64,000 bases of DNA from Chlorokybus atmophyticus (taxonomy: Eukaryota; Plantae; Mesostigma and Chlorokybus algae), in NCBI GenBank assembly GCA_009103225.1, contig RHPI01003369.1, positions 913,490-977,489 of the forward strand, in the 5' to 3' direction. This document shows positions 38,995 through 51,965 of the stretch, one piece after another. The notes below the pieces were generated by a model that made no database searches, was not told where the DNA came from, and saw only the letters and a list, made by a program, of their open reading frames with translations. Every line of letters begins with the position of its first letter. Position 1 is the first letter of the stretch. The position numbers and the translations under genes were made by a program.

Positions 38995-39544
38995 TGTAAC
39001 AGGCTGTTACAGAGTGCTGTTACTAACAGGTGCTGTTACTAACAGCAACACCGTCACCGGTGATGCCCCTTCAATCCTCTACCCCAACACCCACCGCCTA
39101 TGACAAGCCTTTCAGCAGCGTGGCCGCCACTGAGCAGAGAACTGAACGTGAGGTCGCATCAGTTTGATGACCTTTTATTTCAAGAGTATCAAATATATAC
39201 CTCTCAATAACTAACTCACAACGAGACATCGACCCTATAGATAGGGTAGTTAGGAAATCTAGCTTGAGCCAATCGCAGCTCAGATAAGGTACCTATCAAA
39301 AGATACCTATCCTAAAGTACTTAACGAGATAGTGATCACATTTTATCAAATGTAACACCAAATAAGCTTGAATAAGCGTTTGCACACCCATTAAGACTTA
39401 TTTAAGCTATAATAAAGCATCATAGCCTTTAATAAGCTGGGAACTGTAGAAAAGAGATATAAATACGCATATTGAGATACTTATTCATGCAGAAGTGTTA
39501 CTTTAAGTAGCAATAATACCCCTATTATTATTGCTCCTGTTACA
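38995..39544 (-). repeat. 3' LTR (550 bp, apparently internally deleted)
   Basis: Ends TGTAACAGG..CCTGTTACA; 39046-39544 aligns with 46585-47110 at roughly 88-90% by eye. Confidence 0.9.
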
Positions 39545-39695
39545 TTCCCCCCGACTTAGGTTTTCAACGTCCTCGTTGAACTCAAGTTGATCAGGCTTGA
39601 TTTTGAGTAATTGTAACCAGTGAAATAGCAGGAAATGACAGAGTGGTAATGAAATTGCACTGCTAGTCTGTCAAAAAATCAAGCCCACAGTTTAC

Positions 39696-42600
39696 GGGAC
39701 ATGACTTGAATCCCAATAAGCTCGAAGCAACTCGCGGCAGTGCGTAAGATGCCTGTCGGGCTCCCAACTGTTATATTCTGCGCCATACCCTTTCCATTTC
39801 ACCAAATAGCGAGTTGCGCGTCCGCGACTATATTTAGCTTATAGTTTAATATAGCTTCCACCTCGTATTTGAGCTCGCTGTCCACCTCAACTGGCGGTGG
39901 TGGAGGCTGTGTTCTAACGTCTGAGCGGTAAGGTTCAACAAGTTCACATGGAACACGTTGTGTATACGCACACTTGGGGGCAATTGCAGTCGATAAGCGT
40001 GCGTACCAACTCTATCCGTGATAGAGAAAGGACCTAACCATTGGGGCAGCAACTTGCGAGCACCCGTACCTTTGATGGTTATGTTCTTTGCGTTAAGCAA
40101 AACTTTATCGCCGACATCGAAAGTGGCCATTCTTTGATGTGTATCAGCATAAGCTTTTTGCCTGTCCTGTGCTTCTTACAGACATAGCTTGGCTCGAGCC
40201 AAATTTCTTTGCATATCAGTGGCAAATTCTTTTGCCGCTGTACAGTGAGGGCATTGCGAGGTACACGCAATGACGCTGGTGTGTTCGGGCGAATCCCATA
40301 ATTGAAGCAAAATGGGGTTTCCTTTACACGGTTTCCAACCACAAGTTGTTTACAGCGAACTCTGCCATTGGCGTACCTGTCCCAATCAGCATGGTTAGGA
40401 GCCACAATGGCGAAGCATTTCTTCCAGTATTTGATTTTCTCGCTCAGTTTGTCCGTCCGTTTGCGGGTGGAAAGCAGTCGACATGCTTTGTTTTACCCCC
40501 AACGATTCACAGACTTCTCTCCAAAACTTGGAGACAAACTGAGGATCACAATCCGTGATAAGCTCATGCGGTACACCGTCAACTCGAAAGACCGTGGACA
40601 CAAATAAATGTGCTAAGTCCCGTGCACTCACAGTTGTGCAACACGAGGCAGTGCACCATTTTGGTCAAACGATCGATTAAAACCACGATAGCAGTGTATT
40701 TGGTTGCTGTTTCAGGTAGGTCAGTAATCAAATCCATACCAACACTATCCCACTTTTGTTTTGAAATCACCAATTGTTTAAGCAATCTCGCTTGTTTTTG
40801 TCGTAATGGCTTGTTATGTTAACACACGTCACATGTGCCGATATATTGATCCACATCAGATGACATTGACGGCCACCAGTATAACTGTTGCGCAGCTTTG
40901 AGTGTTTTGTGTTTCCCCAAATGCCCAGCATACGGCGGTTATGCACTGAAAGTAAGCATTGCTTACGCAAGTCGCCCGAGTTGGAAAATGCCAATTGCTC
41001 CCCTTCATACCACAAATTGCTAATAGCAGTAAGCTGTTGCAACATGGTTTGATTGCTAAACCAATCATCTGAGTTATACCCTGTGAACACTTCCTTTACA
41101 AAAGGATCTTCAGGCTGTTGCACATTACATGTACTTCGAAAGCGCGTAAGTGCCAAAAGAGCAGGGCTACGACTTAGTGGATCCGCCACATTTGTGCGAC
41201 CCGGACGGTATTGCCAAGTGAAAGTGAAACGAGAAATGAATCATTCCACCTAGCTTGCCGCCTCGACAGGTTCGGTTGCGCATAAAAGAATGTGAGCGGG
41301 TTGTGATCAATAATCAAAAAACTCCACACCTTTTTAGTAGCAACGCCATGTGCGCAGCGCGTGCACCACCCCGAGCAATTCCTGCTCAGTAGTTGTGTAA
41401 TTACGTTCTGCAGGAATGAACTTTTTGCTTTCATATGCACATGGTTTGTCATCCTGTAGAAGGACTGCCCCACACCCAATGGTGGAAGCATCACTGATCA
41501 TCATAAAAGGCTTGGTGTGGTTGGGGAAGGCTAACACAGGGGCTTGTGTTAATGCATCATGAATGCGTGTAAAGCAACCTCGTGTGCCTCCGTCCACACA
41601 AATTTAACATCCTTTCTCAGTAAAGATGTTAAAGGATTTGCCATGCTAGAATATGCTCGCATGAACTTGCGAAAATAATTGGCTAGCCCCAAGAAAGCAC
41701 GTAACTGATGCACATCCTTGAGTGGTGGCCAATTTTTCACCGCACACACCTTTTGGGGATCTGGTTTAAATCCGTCTTTGCCAATCACATGCCTTAAAAA
41801 GGGTAGTTCATTCTTTGCAAAATTGCAGTTGGACAGGATGGCATAGAATTTGTGTTCGCGTAACTTAGCTAGAACCAATTCCACATGCTTGTGGTGTTCC
41901 TCCCGTGTTTTGCTGAACACAATGTCGTCAACATATACCAGTACAAACTTGTACAATTTTAACAAAATATACCGCGTTGATTGCTGCCTGAAATATAGCT
42001 GGCGCATTTGTCAACCCAAATGGTAACACTTTATACTCAAAGTGTCCTAGTGGGGTGAGAAATGCAGTTTTTTGTATATCTGATGGGTGGATTTTGATTT
42101 AATGATAACCATTGGTCAAATCCAATGTGCTGAACACTGGTGCATCTGACAGGTTATCAAACAAATGATCAATTCGAGGCAAAGGGTATCTGTTTTTCAC
42201 AGTTACCTTGTTTAACGCACGGTAATTAATACACATGCGTAGCTTGCCATTCTTTTTAGGCACAAACAAAATTGGTGCACCAAAAGGAGATATGCTCTTT
42301 GTTATCAATCCAAAGGGATTGAGCCTATGGATAGGCCGCCAAGCTGGCTTTGCCCCCTCTTCCAACAGAATAGTATGATGTATGTTTCTATTAAGAGGCA
42401 ACTCCAGGAGTTCATCCTGAAATAGAATTGCGTATTGTTCCGTAAGTGATTGCACCACAGGGTCAGTTACGGCCTGTTCAACAAGTGTCTCTACCTGTCG
42501 TAAGTGCATAAAATATACTTCCTCGCATTTACGCATGCAACGTTTCAGTTGCATAGCAGAGAGGAGCGGAACATTGTCGGGCAACACGTGCGAGTACAGG

Positions 42601-43137
42601 TGCGATTAACGTCACCTTACGATTACCCTTACGAAGGGTGCACTTATTTGCTCGAGAGTCCAATTGCAAACTTGCTTCGGCGTGCCATTGTTCACCCAAA
42701 ACAACATCCACCCCGGGGTTACCTATATCCACCACGATGAAAGCTGGTCAAGTCTTGTGGTTGTTAATAACAAAACGCCCCTTCATCTCTCCAATCGCAA
42801 TGAGGGTGGAACCAGCAGCACGTACATACGTCGTGACTGGTGTGAAAGGTATGTTATTACGTTTCACCCAAGCATGTTCAACAAAGTTATGGTTTGCACC
42901 AGTATCAATCAATGCTGTACATGGTGTGCCCATAAGTTGTCTCGCAAATCTCCATTTGAGTGGCACTGAGTGACCATCAAATGTAGCTAATGTCGGAGTG
43001 CCGTGATTGGAAGCAGGCTTGATAAAGATCACTTGTAACGGTGAAGTTCCTATATCTTTACGTGAGAGTTGCATAATTACTTCTCTCCCTTTCAACAATC
43101 GCAACCACGGGCCATGATATCCGGGATAACTACACAT
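39696..43137 (-). pseudogene. Disrupted pol (PR-RT-RH-INT-chromodomain)
   Basis: ORF fragments 42748-43137, 42099-42587, 41549-42007, 41334-41597, 40579-40785, 40395-40631, 39846-40130 carry successive pol motifs in different frames. Confidence 0.93.
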
Positions 43138-43360
43138 GCAGTGACAGCATGTTGTAATTGCAACTCGTGTAAGTGCTTAACAGCAGTAACCAATTCAGAG
43201 AATGGAACATTGAATAAAACACATACTTCTGCAATTGTCAACACAGGTAATGTGCTCATACCAGTCCATACATCTAATACATCACAAAGAGAGAAAATTT
43301 TATCAAGAAGTACAGAGTTTTTGAAGTCGTTCTGCTCGACTACGCTACCACGGACAGTTT

Positions 43361-44477
43361 CTATTTCTTGTTCTTCTGCTGCTTGGCCTTCTGTGCATTC
43401 TGCTTTGCATAGCACTTGGCCTCCCCATGACTTGTCTTGTTGCAGAAGTTGCAAGTGATGGTGGATTTGGCCGCATTGTAGGGGCCAGCACGCTGAGATG
43501 TTTTTGCCTTTTTTACAAAAGGTTTCACAAAAGGTTTGTTGTCAGTGGCCGGGCGCTTTGCAGCTGAAGCCGGGGCTGCCTCTTTTGCTGTGGTTTGCAT
43601 GTTTGCGTGAGAGCGCTTCACACTGTCCACAGCAGCAACCATCTGCATCAGCATTGGCAAATCCCTCGAGGCCCACTCTTGCAAACTCGCGGGGTTGACG
43701 ACCACATGCTGCACGAGATCTGTGTCCAAGCCACGCCTGAAAATATCCAGCTGATCAGCATCACTGATGGGTAGTTTGCAAGCATTGATCTTGCTGACAA
43801 AAGACTGGAAGTTCTGGATGTAGTGCTGAACCGGACGCCCGTTTTGACGCGGATTATGCAGCTGGTTGCGAGCAACCTGGGCATGATATGCGCCACCATA
43901 GCGCTGCTCCATGAAAGAGCACAACTGATTCATTTCCCGCCCGAGGTCCGTACCATGTTGCTTACGGCGGTACCACTCTGCCAGAGCATGGTTTGGATTA
44001 GCAACTCAGCTACACGCAACTTCTCCTCCTCAGAAATGTGAAGGGAGTTGACATAGTGTCTCAGCTTCGCGAGACAATCCAAAACCGCCGCTTGTTTGTT
44101 GAGAACAAACTTGGCAGGTTGAGCGAGCGCCTGAACAGGTGGACCACTATTAGAGCGTTGAAGGCGCTCGATCATGTTCAGAACGCGTTTGCCTTCACCC
44201 ATCGATCCCTCCTAATTTCGCCCATAAAGGTGGTGAGCTGTGAGATCTTTTCCGCCACATGAAAGAGGAAGTTGACGAGCGAGACAATCGCCTCACGAGG
44301 CTCCTCATCATAGGTGCCAAGAAAGTGGTCCATCAACTCCTGTTTTGTCAAGCGAATTGAGATTTCAGGCTGCACGAATGATGGTGGTGGTGGCACCTCT
44401 GGTTCCATCAAAGAATCCACATCCTTAACAGCATGAGACTCATCAGGTGCATCATCCGGGTTGGAAATAACCTCCAT
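43361..44477 (-). pseudogene. Disrupted gag with zinc knuckle
   Basis: Three frameshifted fragments (44178-44477, 43930-44202, 43361-43933); LHNPRQNGRPVQHYIQNF..DIFRRGL..CNFCNKTSHGEAKC. Confidence 0.88.
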
Positions 44478-44760
44478 GGCGGGAAACTCCTCTCACGGGA
44501 TGATTGCTCTTATTGCAAGATTTCCTCATTTGAGGTGGGCACCGAGTTCTCTTCCATCTGTCTGCAAAACAGGCGAAATGGAATGGTGAGAACCTCACCA
44601 ATTGTAACAGTCAAGGCCAAATTCTGTGATTTTCATGGCCGTTTTAGGCCTTATTTGTAAGGTACATGTTTTTAATGACTTGTGGCGGATATCGGCGAGT
44701 TATGAGTCTGCCGCGGATATCGACCGGGGCCCCAAGACCAGTCTGGAAGGTGCCAGAAAA

Positions 44761-45787
44761 CGGAGGGCCAGTCGAGAAGGGCTCGACCAGATTTTTGGAA
44801 GGGCCTGGCGCCAAGTAGTATAACTTGACCATATGAGCAGCAAATTAGGAGATCTTTGGTGCGTTGGAAAGGTCTAGAAGTGTACTACAAGATTCTGCAA
44901 GAATATCTTAGCTTCTAGTTCCGTCTAGCGCTAGAATCGTCTAGACAATAGCATGCGCAGACTGGTAGGTATAAAAGTGACATTCTACAATTTGCAATAC
45001 AACCTTTAGCTCCCTAGTTTCTGGTGTGCAAGCTTGGTGGTGGCTAGCAGGGCTTGCTAGCGTGTGTCCACCGGTGTGTGCTTGCTTGTGTGACGATCCA
45101 AGGCGCTACACAAGTCGGTGTGTAGCTTCGAGCGCATGCGCGTGCGTACGCGAGTGGCGGGGCGCGCGTGTGTGCTTGGCAGAGGGGGCAAGGTTCCGGT
45201 GTGAATACCGTGTCTTGGTGAGAGGGTTGTGGATTGGACCAACTCACAGGTGACAAGGCACGAGCACCGTCAAANCGGAGGGCCAGTCGAGAAGGGCTCG
45301 ACCAGATTTCTGGAAGGGCCTGGCGCCAAGTAGTATAACTTGACCATATGAGCAGCAAATTAGGAGATCTTTGGTGCGTTGGAAAGGTCTAGAAGTGTAC
45401 TACAAGATTCTGCAAGAATATCTTAGCTTCTAGTTCCGTCTAGCGCTAGAATCGTCTAGACAATAGCATGCGCAGACTGGTAGGTATAAAAGTGACATTC
45501 TACAATTTGCAATACAACCTTTAGCTCCCTAGTTTCTGGTGTGCAAGCTTGGTGGTGGCTAGCAGGGCTTGCTAGCGTGTGTCCACCGGTGTGTGCTTGC
45601 TTGTGTGACGATCCAAGGCGCTACACAAGTCGGTGTGTAGCTTCGAGCGCATGCGCGTGCGTACGCGAGTGGCGGGGCGCGCGTGTGTGCTTGGCAGAGG
45701 GGGCAAGGTTCCGGTGTGAATACCGTGTCTTGGTGAGAGGGTTGTAGATTGGACCAACTCACAGGTAGCAAGGCACGAGCACCGTCA
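44761..45787. repeat. 512-bp tandem duplication separated by an N (44761-45272 and 45276-45787)
   Basis: Near-identical copies with about 3 differing sites, in the retroelement leader; N at 45275. Confidence 0.9.
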
Positions 45788-46149
45788 CACCAATGGACCA
45801 AGTGTCAACGAGAGGATCAAAATGACTAAGTTGTAAAAGTCCCAAACAGAGTCCAAACCAGTCGCAAAACAGGAAAGGTTGGATCCGGAGTGTCACAAAA
45901 CTGAAGAAGTCTGAATGGGATCAAAATGTTCTAACCCTGAATTTGTTCTCAAGTCCCAATCTCTAAGCCGAAGCCAGAGGGGGAGGGTTTCAGACTAACA
46001 GAGTGTCCTGGAACTTCCCCAAAACTGTCCTAACAAAGTCCCGATCTCCAGGCCGAAGCCAGAGGGGGAGGTTTTTAGAACAGCTTGGTTTAGAACTTAC
46101 GGACCTGGGTCAAGCGACCCAGTAAAGCAGCTGGCAGGTCACAGATACG

Positions 46150-47110
46150 TCACAGGCATGCAACAGGCAAGCCACAGGCAGTGACCAACTGTGACATGCA
46201 CTGGCAAGCACGATGACAAGCAATCACCGTATGCAATGACAGGCAATCACTGCAAGCAATGATAGTGCACTAAGTGTGACAAGCAGTGATGGCACATTAG
46301 CATTGCACTGGCAAGTCACTGAATGATGTGCATGAAAGTACACACGTGCACCTGGCAAGCAGGCAAGCAGGCGAGTCACCGACGTGTGTGATGGTACCTC
46401 ACATGTGGAGAGGCCGCCTCTTTAATGGGTGGCTTCAACGTTAAGGTAGTGCAGGGAAGCTACATTGAAGCTTGGGCTGCGTGGACGAATATGAGGCCGC
46501 CGCCACCGCCTTCTGATTGGCCGAGAGCAGGTTGCCGCCCCCTATAAGTACCCACATCACCCCCCAGCTCCTGGACACCAATGCAACGGCACCACCGTCG
46601 CCGGTGATGCCCCTTCAATCCTCTACCCCAACACCCACACCGCCTATGACAAGCCTGCTCAGCGGCGTGGCCGCCACTGAGCAGAGAGCTGAAAGTGAGG
46701 TCACATCAGTTTGATGTGACCTTTTACATCAAGAGTATATTAAATAAATACCTCTCGATAATTAACTCACAATTAAACATCGACCCTATATATAGGGTAG
46801 TTAGGAAATCTAGCGTGAGCCAATCACAGCTCAGATAGGGTACCTATCGATAAGATACCTATCGAAAGATACCTATCTCAAAGTACCTAACGAGATAGTG
46901 ATCACATTTTATCAAATGTAACATCAAATAGGCTTGAATAAGCGGTTCTACACCCATTGGGACTTATCTAAGCTATGATAAAGCATCATAGCCTTCAATA
47001 AGCAAGGAAGCGTAGAAAAGAGCTATAAATAAGCATATTTGGATACTTAATCATGCAGAATGTGTTATTTAGGTAGATATAATACCCCTATTATCATGGC
47101 TCCCGTTACA
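46150..47110 (-). repeat. 5' LTR (inner boundary approximate)
   Basis: Homology to the 3' LTR is clear from 46585; TGCAACAGGC at 46159 resembles the TGTAACAGGC end of the other LTR, suggesting a ~950-bp LTR. Confidence 0.65.
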
Positions 47111-48989
47111 TCGACAGTCCCTCAGTCCCTTGTCAGTCAGCGCGTAAGATTTGGGACGTGGTGGCGGCGGCAGTGCTCAGCTGCGGGGCCAAAGAGGTGG
47201 ACGCGGTACTTGCATAGAGTAGTGCATGAGCATGTGGTATGTTGGTTTGTGCCATAAATAGGCATGATGATAGCATCAACAACGAATTCATGACACTTGC
47301 ATAAATCTTGTGAAAAACCATAACATCATGATCATCTATCGGATAGCTAATACGGATTATTATTGGGGGGTGCATTTGTGCAATGCAATGGCCCGTGCAA
47401 AGCTTGCAAAAACATCGCAAGCACTATCAATAAAGGTTATCAATATCTAGTAACCATTTTCAAGAAATTTGCGAATGACAAGCTATCAATACCTCGTATG
47501 GCATTTTCCTATTAAAAACTGATAATGCCGTAATGCAATGCGATGACTATTGCCAACATATCATGGAGTTGCAAACCTCGATGTGGTGACAGTAGCGCTT
47601 TGACATATATGGTAACAACAAAGGGGTCGTTGACCACAGCTCTTGCCCTGCCGAAAATGATTTGCATCATGCCGGTTTCCAGGAAGCCGTTGCCACGACC
47701 TTTCATTATGCAAAGTTTTTGCCCCGCATGGCACACTCGCCCCCTTGCGCTGTAACAAGTGGCATGCAATACTACTATGAGGCAATATCTATGCCAAGCA
47801 GCAGCAAGTGCACATACCTTGATACAATGAGCAGCCTTGTGTGAGAGACCTGCAAACCACCAGGCAATGTTGAACAATATCATGTTGTAATAATTGCTCT
47901 ACTTGCCATGGTGTCTTGGTGTGTCAAGGCGCCATACGTATTAACCTGGACGGTGATAATAGTCTTGTGCAAATAATATAAAGGCATCACCATTATTGAG
48001 ATGTTTATAGCCACACAGGGCCCATCACTTCTTTTTAATGTTAACTGAGATGCTTCATAAGGCACTTCATCTGAATTGAGATGAAGCGTCTCACAATGCC
48101 ATTGACCATGGCGACCTGAGTTATGTGCTCTGATGCTGGCAAGTAACCTTCTGCTTCATTACCCCGCCTCCTTCTGGTTTATACACAGTACACAGCTAGT
48201 ATAGCAGGCCCCTCACTCAGTTGTTTATTTGTGTTGGCTGTTGTTGTTATTGCTGTTGTTGTTGTCCTTACCAGCTGCTTGGCCTTTGTATTGCTCTGCT
48301 ATTGGCCCCTCCTGTGTTGTGCATTATACAGCACACGCACATCCTCCGCACACAACGTGACGAACAACATGCTGCAGGCGCTGCCGCTGCAAAACCAGTG
48401 AAAGTTGGACCAGCTTGTCCCATGACAACCTTTCGGTCTCGCACACTTTTTTGAGTCAGCTGACTGGCAGCACGTGACGTGATAAGTGATTTGACCTCCC
48501 ACAACCAGCAAGTCTGCTGCAGTGCCAAGCGCCTGGCGAACAAGGCGGGTGTTGCCGTCGCCGTCGTTGTCGTCGTCGTCGTGGCTGGAGGCGGCGACCG
48601 CTTTGCGAACAGCTCGCCCGGCGTTTGTGTGCGGCTTGAGCCGCTGCAAGTCGAGCTAGCTGAAGTTGGAGGCTTTGCCGGCAGCAACATGGCGTGGGCA
48701 GCTAGGTTCAAGCTGAGGCAAGCTGCCTGAAGGCAGTTGCACAGCGCGTAGCTCAGCAATTCCGCCACCATCAGTGACCAGCGACTGCCTCTACCTGGGC
48801 GGCTGTCGGCAGGTACATGCAGCTTTGCGTGCTGGTCGGCACACTTGCGCTGGAACTTGCGGCATGCAAGATAGTGTTGCAAGCGAAAAAAGCAAGCACT
48901 GCCGCATGATAGGTTGTCGTTGCCATGCATTAAAAAAGGTTATTGTGTCTTGTTTGTCGTGTTGCTCGTGACCGCCGCTTCTCAGCAGG

Positions 48990-50922
48990 ATGTGTCTCGC
49001 CCCGCAACAGCCCACAGCTGCTGCTCCCCCAGCGGCAGTGCAGCCAGCGGACACCACATCTGCTGTGCTGCCGCCACCAGCTCAGCAGCAGCAGCAGGAT
49101 GGCGACGTGCTGCGAAAAACAGTCCCAGCCAGCACCAGTGTGCCTGCGAGCAGCATAGCCAGTACCGCAGCGGCAGCTGCAGCAGCAGCAGCGCCTGCAT
49201 CAACTACTTGCATGCTGCCACAACAGCAGCCTGAGGCTGGCGTCAGCCTTGCCCAGCCAAGCAGAGCTAACGCACCCACGATTATGCCTAGCCCAGACTC
49301 GCAAGGCAGAACAATCTTGAACCGCTCCAAGGTAAATTCTGGCTTCCTAGCTAGATAACGTTCTGTTTCTCTACCAAGTGCAGTGCGTTGCATGCGTGCG
49401 CGTATGCACCCACAAGGATATTATATACAACAAAGTTTGCTGTACTTTGACAAATTGCGTCCCGCCATGCACGCTTTGAACTTTATGTGATCTGCCTCAT
49501 TATGTGCACCACATTGCTGAGTGTGGCTGTTGCAGGCCAGAACTGATGGTAAAGTGAACGAACGAGAAGAAGGAATCTCCGGCCAACGATTGCAGAATGT
49601 AAAGCATGCGTCACCCCTTAGCACTGTGACAACTGGAACACAGCTGTGTGGCAGTTCGTCCCTCAAGTTCTGGTTGATGACGGCCGTCGTAGCCGTAACA
49701 GCTGTTATATTAGGTAAGCACAATGTGCATTTGCCCACTTGCTGAGGCTTGCGCAAAATGGCTTTGTCTCATTCACATGCACAACTTGCGTTCTGAGTAG
49801 AGAATGCTGCGTAGGGCAACTTCATACTGCCACTTACAAGCAGGAGACAACACCAACCACTGCCAAGTCAAAGGCATCCACATTGTTGTTGCAAGTGACA
49901 CTTGGACAACTGACCCCAAACACATTGAAGCAGCAAAGCCTGGCATTAACACAGCTGGAGGCAACTTCAGCCGCATTGGCAAAGCAGGCGGATGACATCA
50001 GCTTAATGATGCGACTGACACATGCACGCGGCTCCAGCAAGCAGGTGAAAGTGAGAAAGCACCTTGCTGGTTTGTACCAAGAGTTGAGCCGCAGCGCTGC
50101 CGACCAACGGACACTGTGCAGCTTGACTCGCAGCGCGTTAAGCTTGTTGTTTGACAACATTGCGAGTGGCCTGGCCTCATTCCAAGAGGTATTCGGGGAG
50201 TGTTGGTTTCTGTTGAATTTTGGACCATGCGGATATGTCATATTGCTGACAGTATGATGTGTGCAGGATTGGCACAGCAAAAAGCTGCAGGGGTTGGCCG
50301 GCACTGTGGACATTTTGATGTCTCATATGAACCAATTGGTGGCACTTATCGAACGCGCGCAGTTGAAGCACACAGACTTGCAGGAACACATCACGCAAGT
50401 CCAACAGGAATTGCATCACGCGAGAAGGATGGCTGGAAAGCGTGCCGAGAAAAGCAAAGAGAAGAAGAAGGTGCGAAAAGCTGAGACGGATCAGCTGGAT
50501 GATGTTGAGTTTATGGTCCAGGAGGACTTGTTGCAAGCAACAACGCAGAGAAGTGCAGATGACTTCAAGGTGCTGCACGCCATTGAAAACGAGCTGATCG
50601 CGCTGCGAAGAGATATGGTATGGTTGCTGTGCGGACAATTGCTGTTGCAACAAGCACGACACGCTTGCCGTGTATATGCACACATGTTGATGTGTGTTGC
50701 AGGAGAACAGCAAGCATGCTATTCAGTCCCTTCAGCACGATATTGAGTTTGGAGCCGACTTGTCTCCTGAGGACTGGACCAGCGTCTTGGTACGCGAATA
50801 ACTGTTCTTTGTCATACGTCTCCTTATTTTGAAAAGTTGCATTTAAGATGGATGTTGAAAAAGCTAGTGTTGCGCAGAATGCAGTTGAACGTGCGACTGA
50901 TGAGTTCCAGATGCAAACATGA
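48990..50922 (+). CDS. Orphan single-TM alpha-helical/coiled-coil protein, paralog 1
   Basis: GT-AG exons: P/A/Q-rich N-terminus, TM FWLMTAVVAVTAVIL, ALAKQADDISL..RKHLAGLYQELSR..FQE|DWHSKKLQG..ENELIALRRDM|ENSKHAIQSLQHDIEFGADLSPEDWTSVL|MDVEKASVAQNAVERATDEFQMQT*. Start codon uncertain. Confidence 0.78.
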
Positions 50923-51819
50923 GAACGGGCTGCTTGGCAAGGCGAGCGATCAAGATGGAAGGCTGGAGAACACCAAGCAAACTGCCTTTTGCGCATGGAG
51001 GTTTACTTGGTGTCCTTTGTCTCCATGTTTGTGCACGTAGTGTCACGCATACCTGTGAGCATGGCTTGCGCATGGTGTACAGAAATCTCCACGACTATTG
51101 TGTGTGAGCATTGCATCTTCGCTATGTAGTTTAGACCACCATACTTTATGACGCAACGAGACTTGTTTCTTGTCGCCACAAAGCCAGCAAAAGGGTGTGT
51201 GGCTGGTGCTGGTATGCACTTGCAAGAACAAGTCTATGCAAATGCAATTATCAGTGTGTGTGGGGTTGATTGCTAGTTACAGTTCTTAGGGGCCTGTGTT
51301 TGTAAACCTTGCTTTTGACCACTCTTTCATGCCACAATCCTTGCATACTATATTATACTACCATTGTGTTATGTGCCTTAGCTGCTTGGTATATTAAGAT
51401 CTAAGGTACATATCGGCGAGCACATGCTGTGCTGTGTACTGGGTGCTGTATCATACATGCTCAAAACGTGTTTGCCTGCGCACTAAGTTAGTCGACATGC
51501 ACATGCCCATACACAGCAGCAGTCAACCACAGCCGTCATCATATTGCAGTCACCACCGCCAGGCTATATGATCTATGAGCTAACTTTATCTACCCCATAT
51601 GCATAGCCCCATGGCAGCACCGACGTAGTGCAGTACCTGCGTCACCAGCGGTAGCGTCAGTGCCGACCAGGACTCTCACGACGACACGACTCCCCTCGCC
51701 GCCGCTCCCAAACCCTCCACCACCAATGCCGCCTTGGTCGTCCACTTCGTCCATTTGCTGCTGGTGCCGCCATCAGCCATCAAGCAGGCTGTCCTGTGTG
51801 CTTCAATTGCGCGCGCTCG

Positions 51820-51965
51820 AGTAGTGGTAGGGTGAAAAGTAGTTGGTAGGTAGCATGCAGGCGATTTTAGCCCGGTGGTCGAGTTGGTGAGTGCTTGTGG
51901 TGTTTGTGACATTGCATGTGCACGTAGGTTGCCATGTACGAATTGCCTCCTCGATCTTGTGTACA
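51820..51965 (+). repeat. Short dispersed repeat, copy 2 (copy 1 at ~16030-16175)
   Basis: See copy 1. Confidence 0.8.

Larger units (their letters stand above)
38995..47110 (-). mobile_element. Full-length but decayed Ty3/gypsy chromovirus LTR retrotransposon
   Basis: TG..CA termini, 5-bp TSD TCGAC (38990-38994, 47111-47115), PPT GGGGGGAA abutting the 3' LTR (39545-39552), gag with CX2CX4HX4C (CNFCNKTSHGEAKC), protease LIDTGA, RT YVDD, RNase H DAS..GAVL..ELLGVVHAL, integrase MDLIT..HPQTDGQTER, GPF motif, chromodomain RYLVKWKGYGAEYNSWEP; many frameshifts and stops. Confidence 0.96.

Noticed and set aside
45952-46076. Duplicated ~38-bp motif in the retroelement leader
   Set aside because: Typical sub-repeat of LTR-element leaders.
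47560-48930. Possible minus-strand gene (S/T/A-rich ORF 48268-48930 plus exon-like pieces)
   Set aside because: No recognisable domain and no consistent splice chain could be built.
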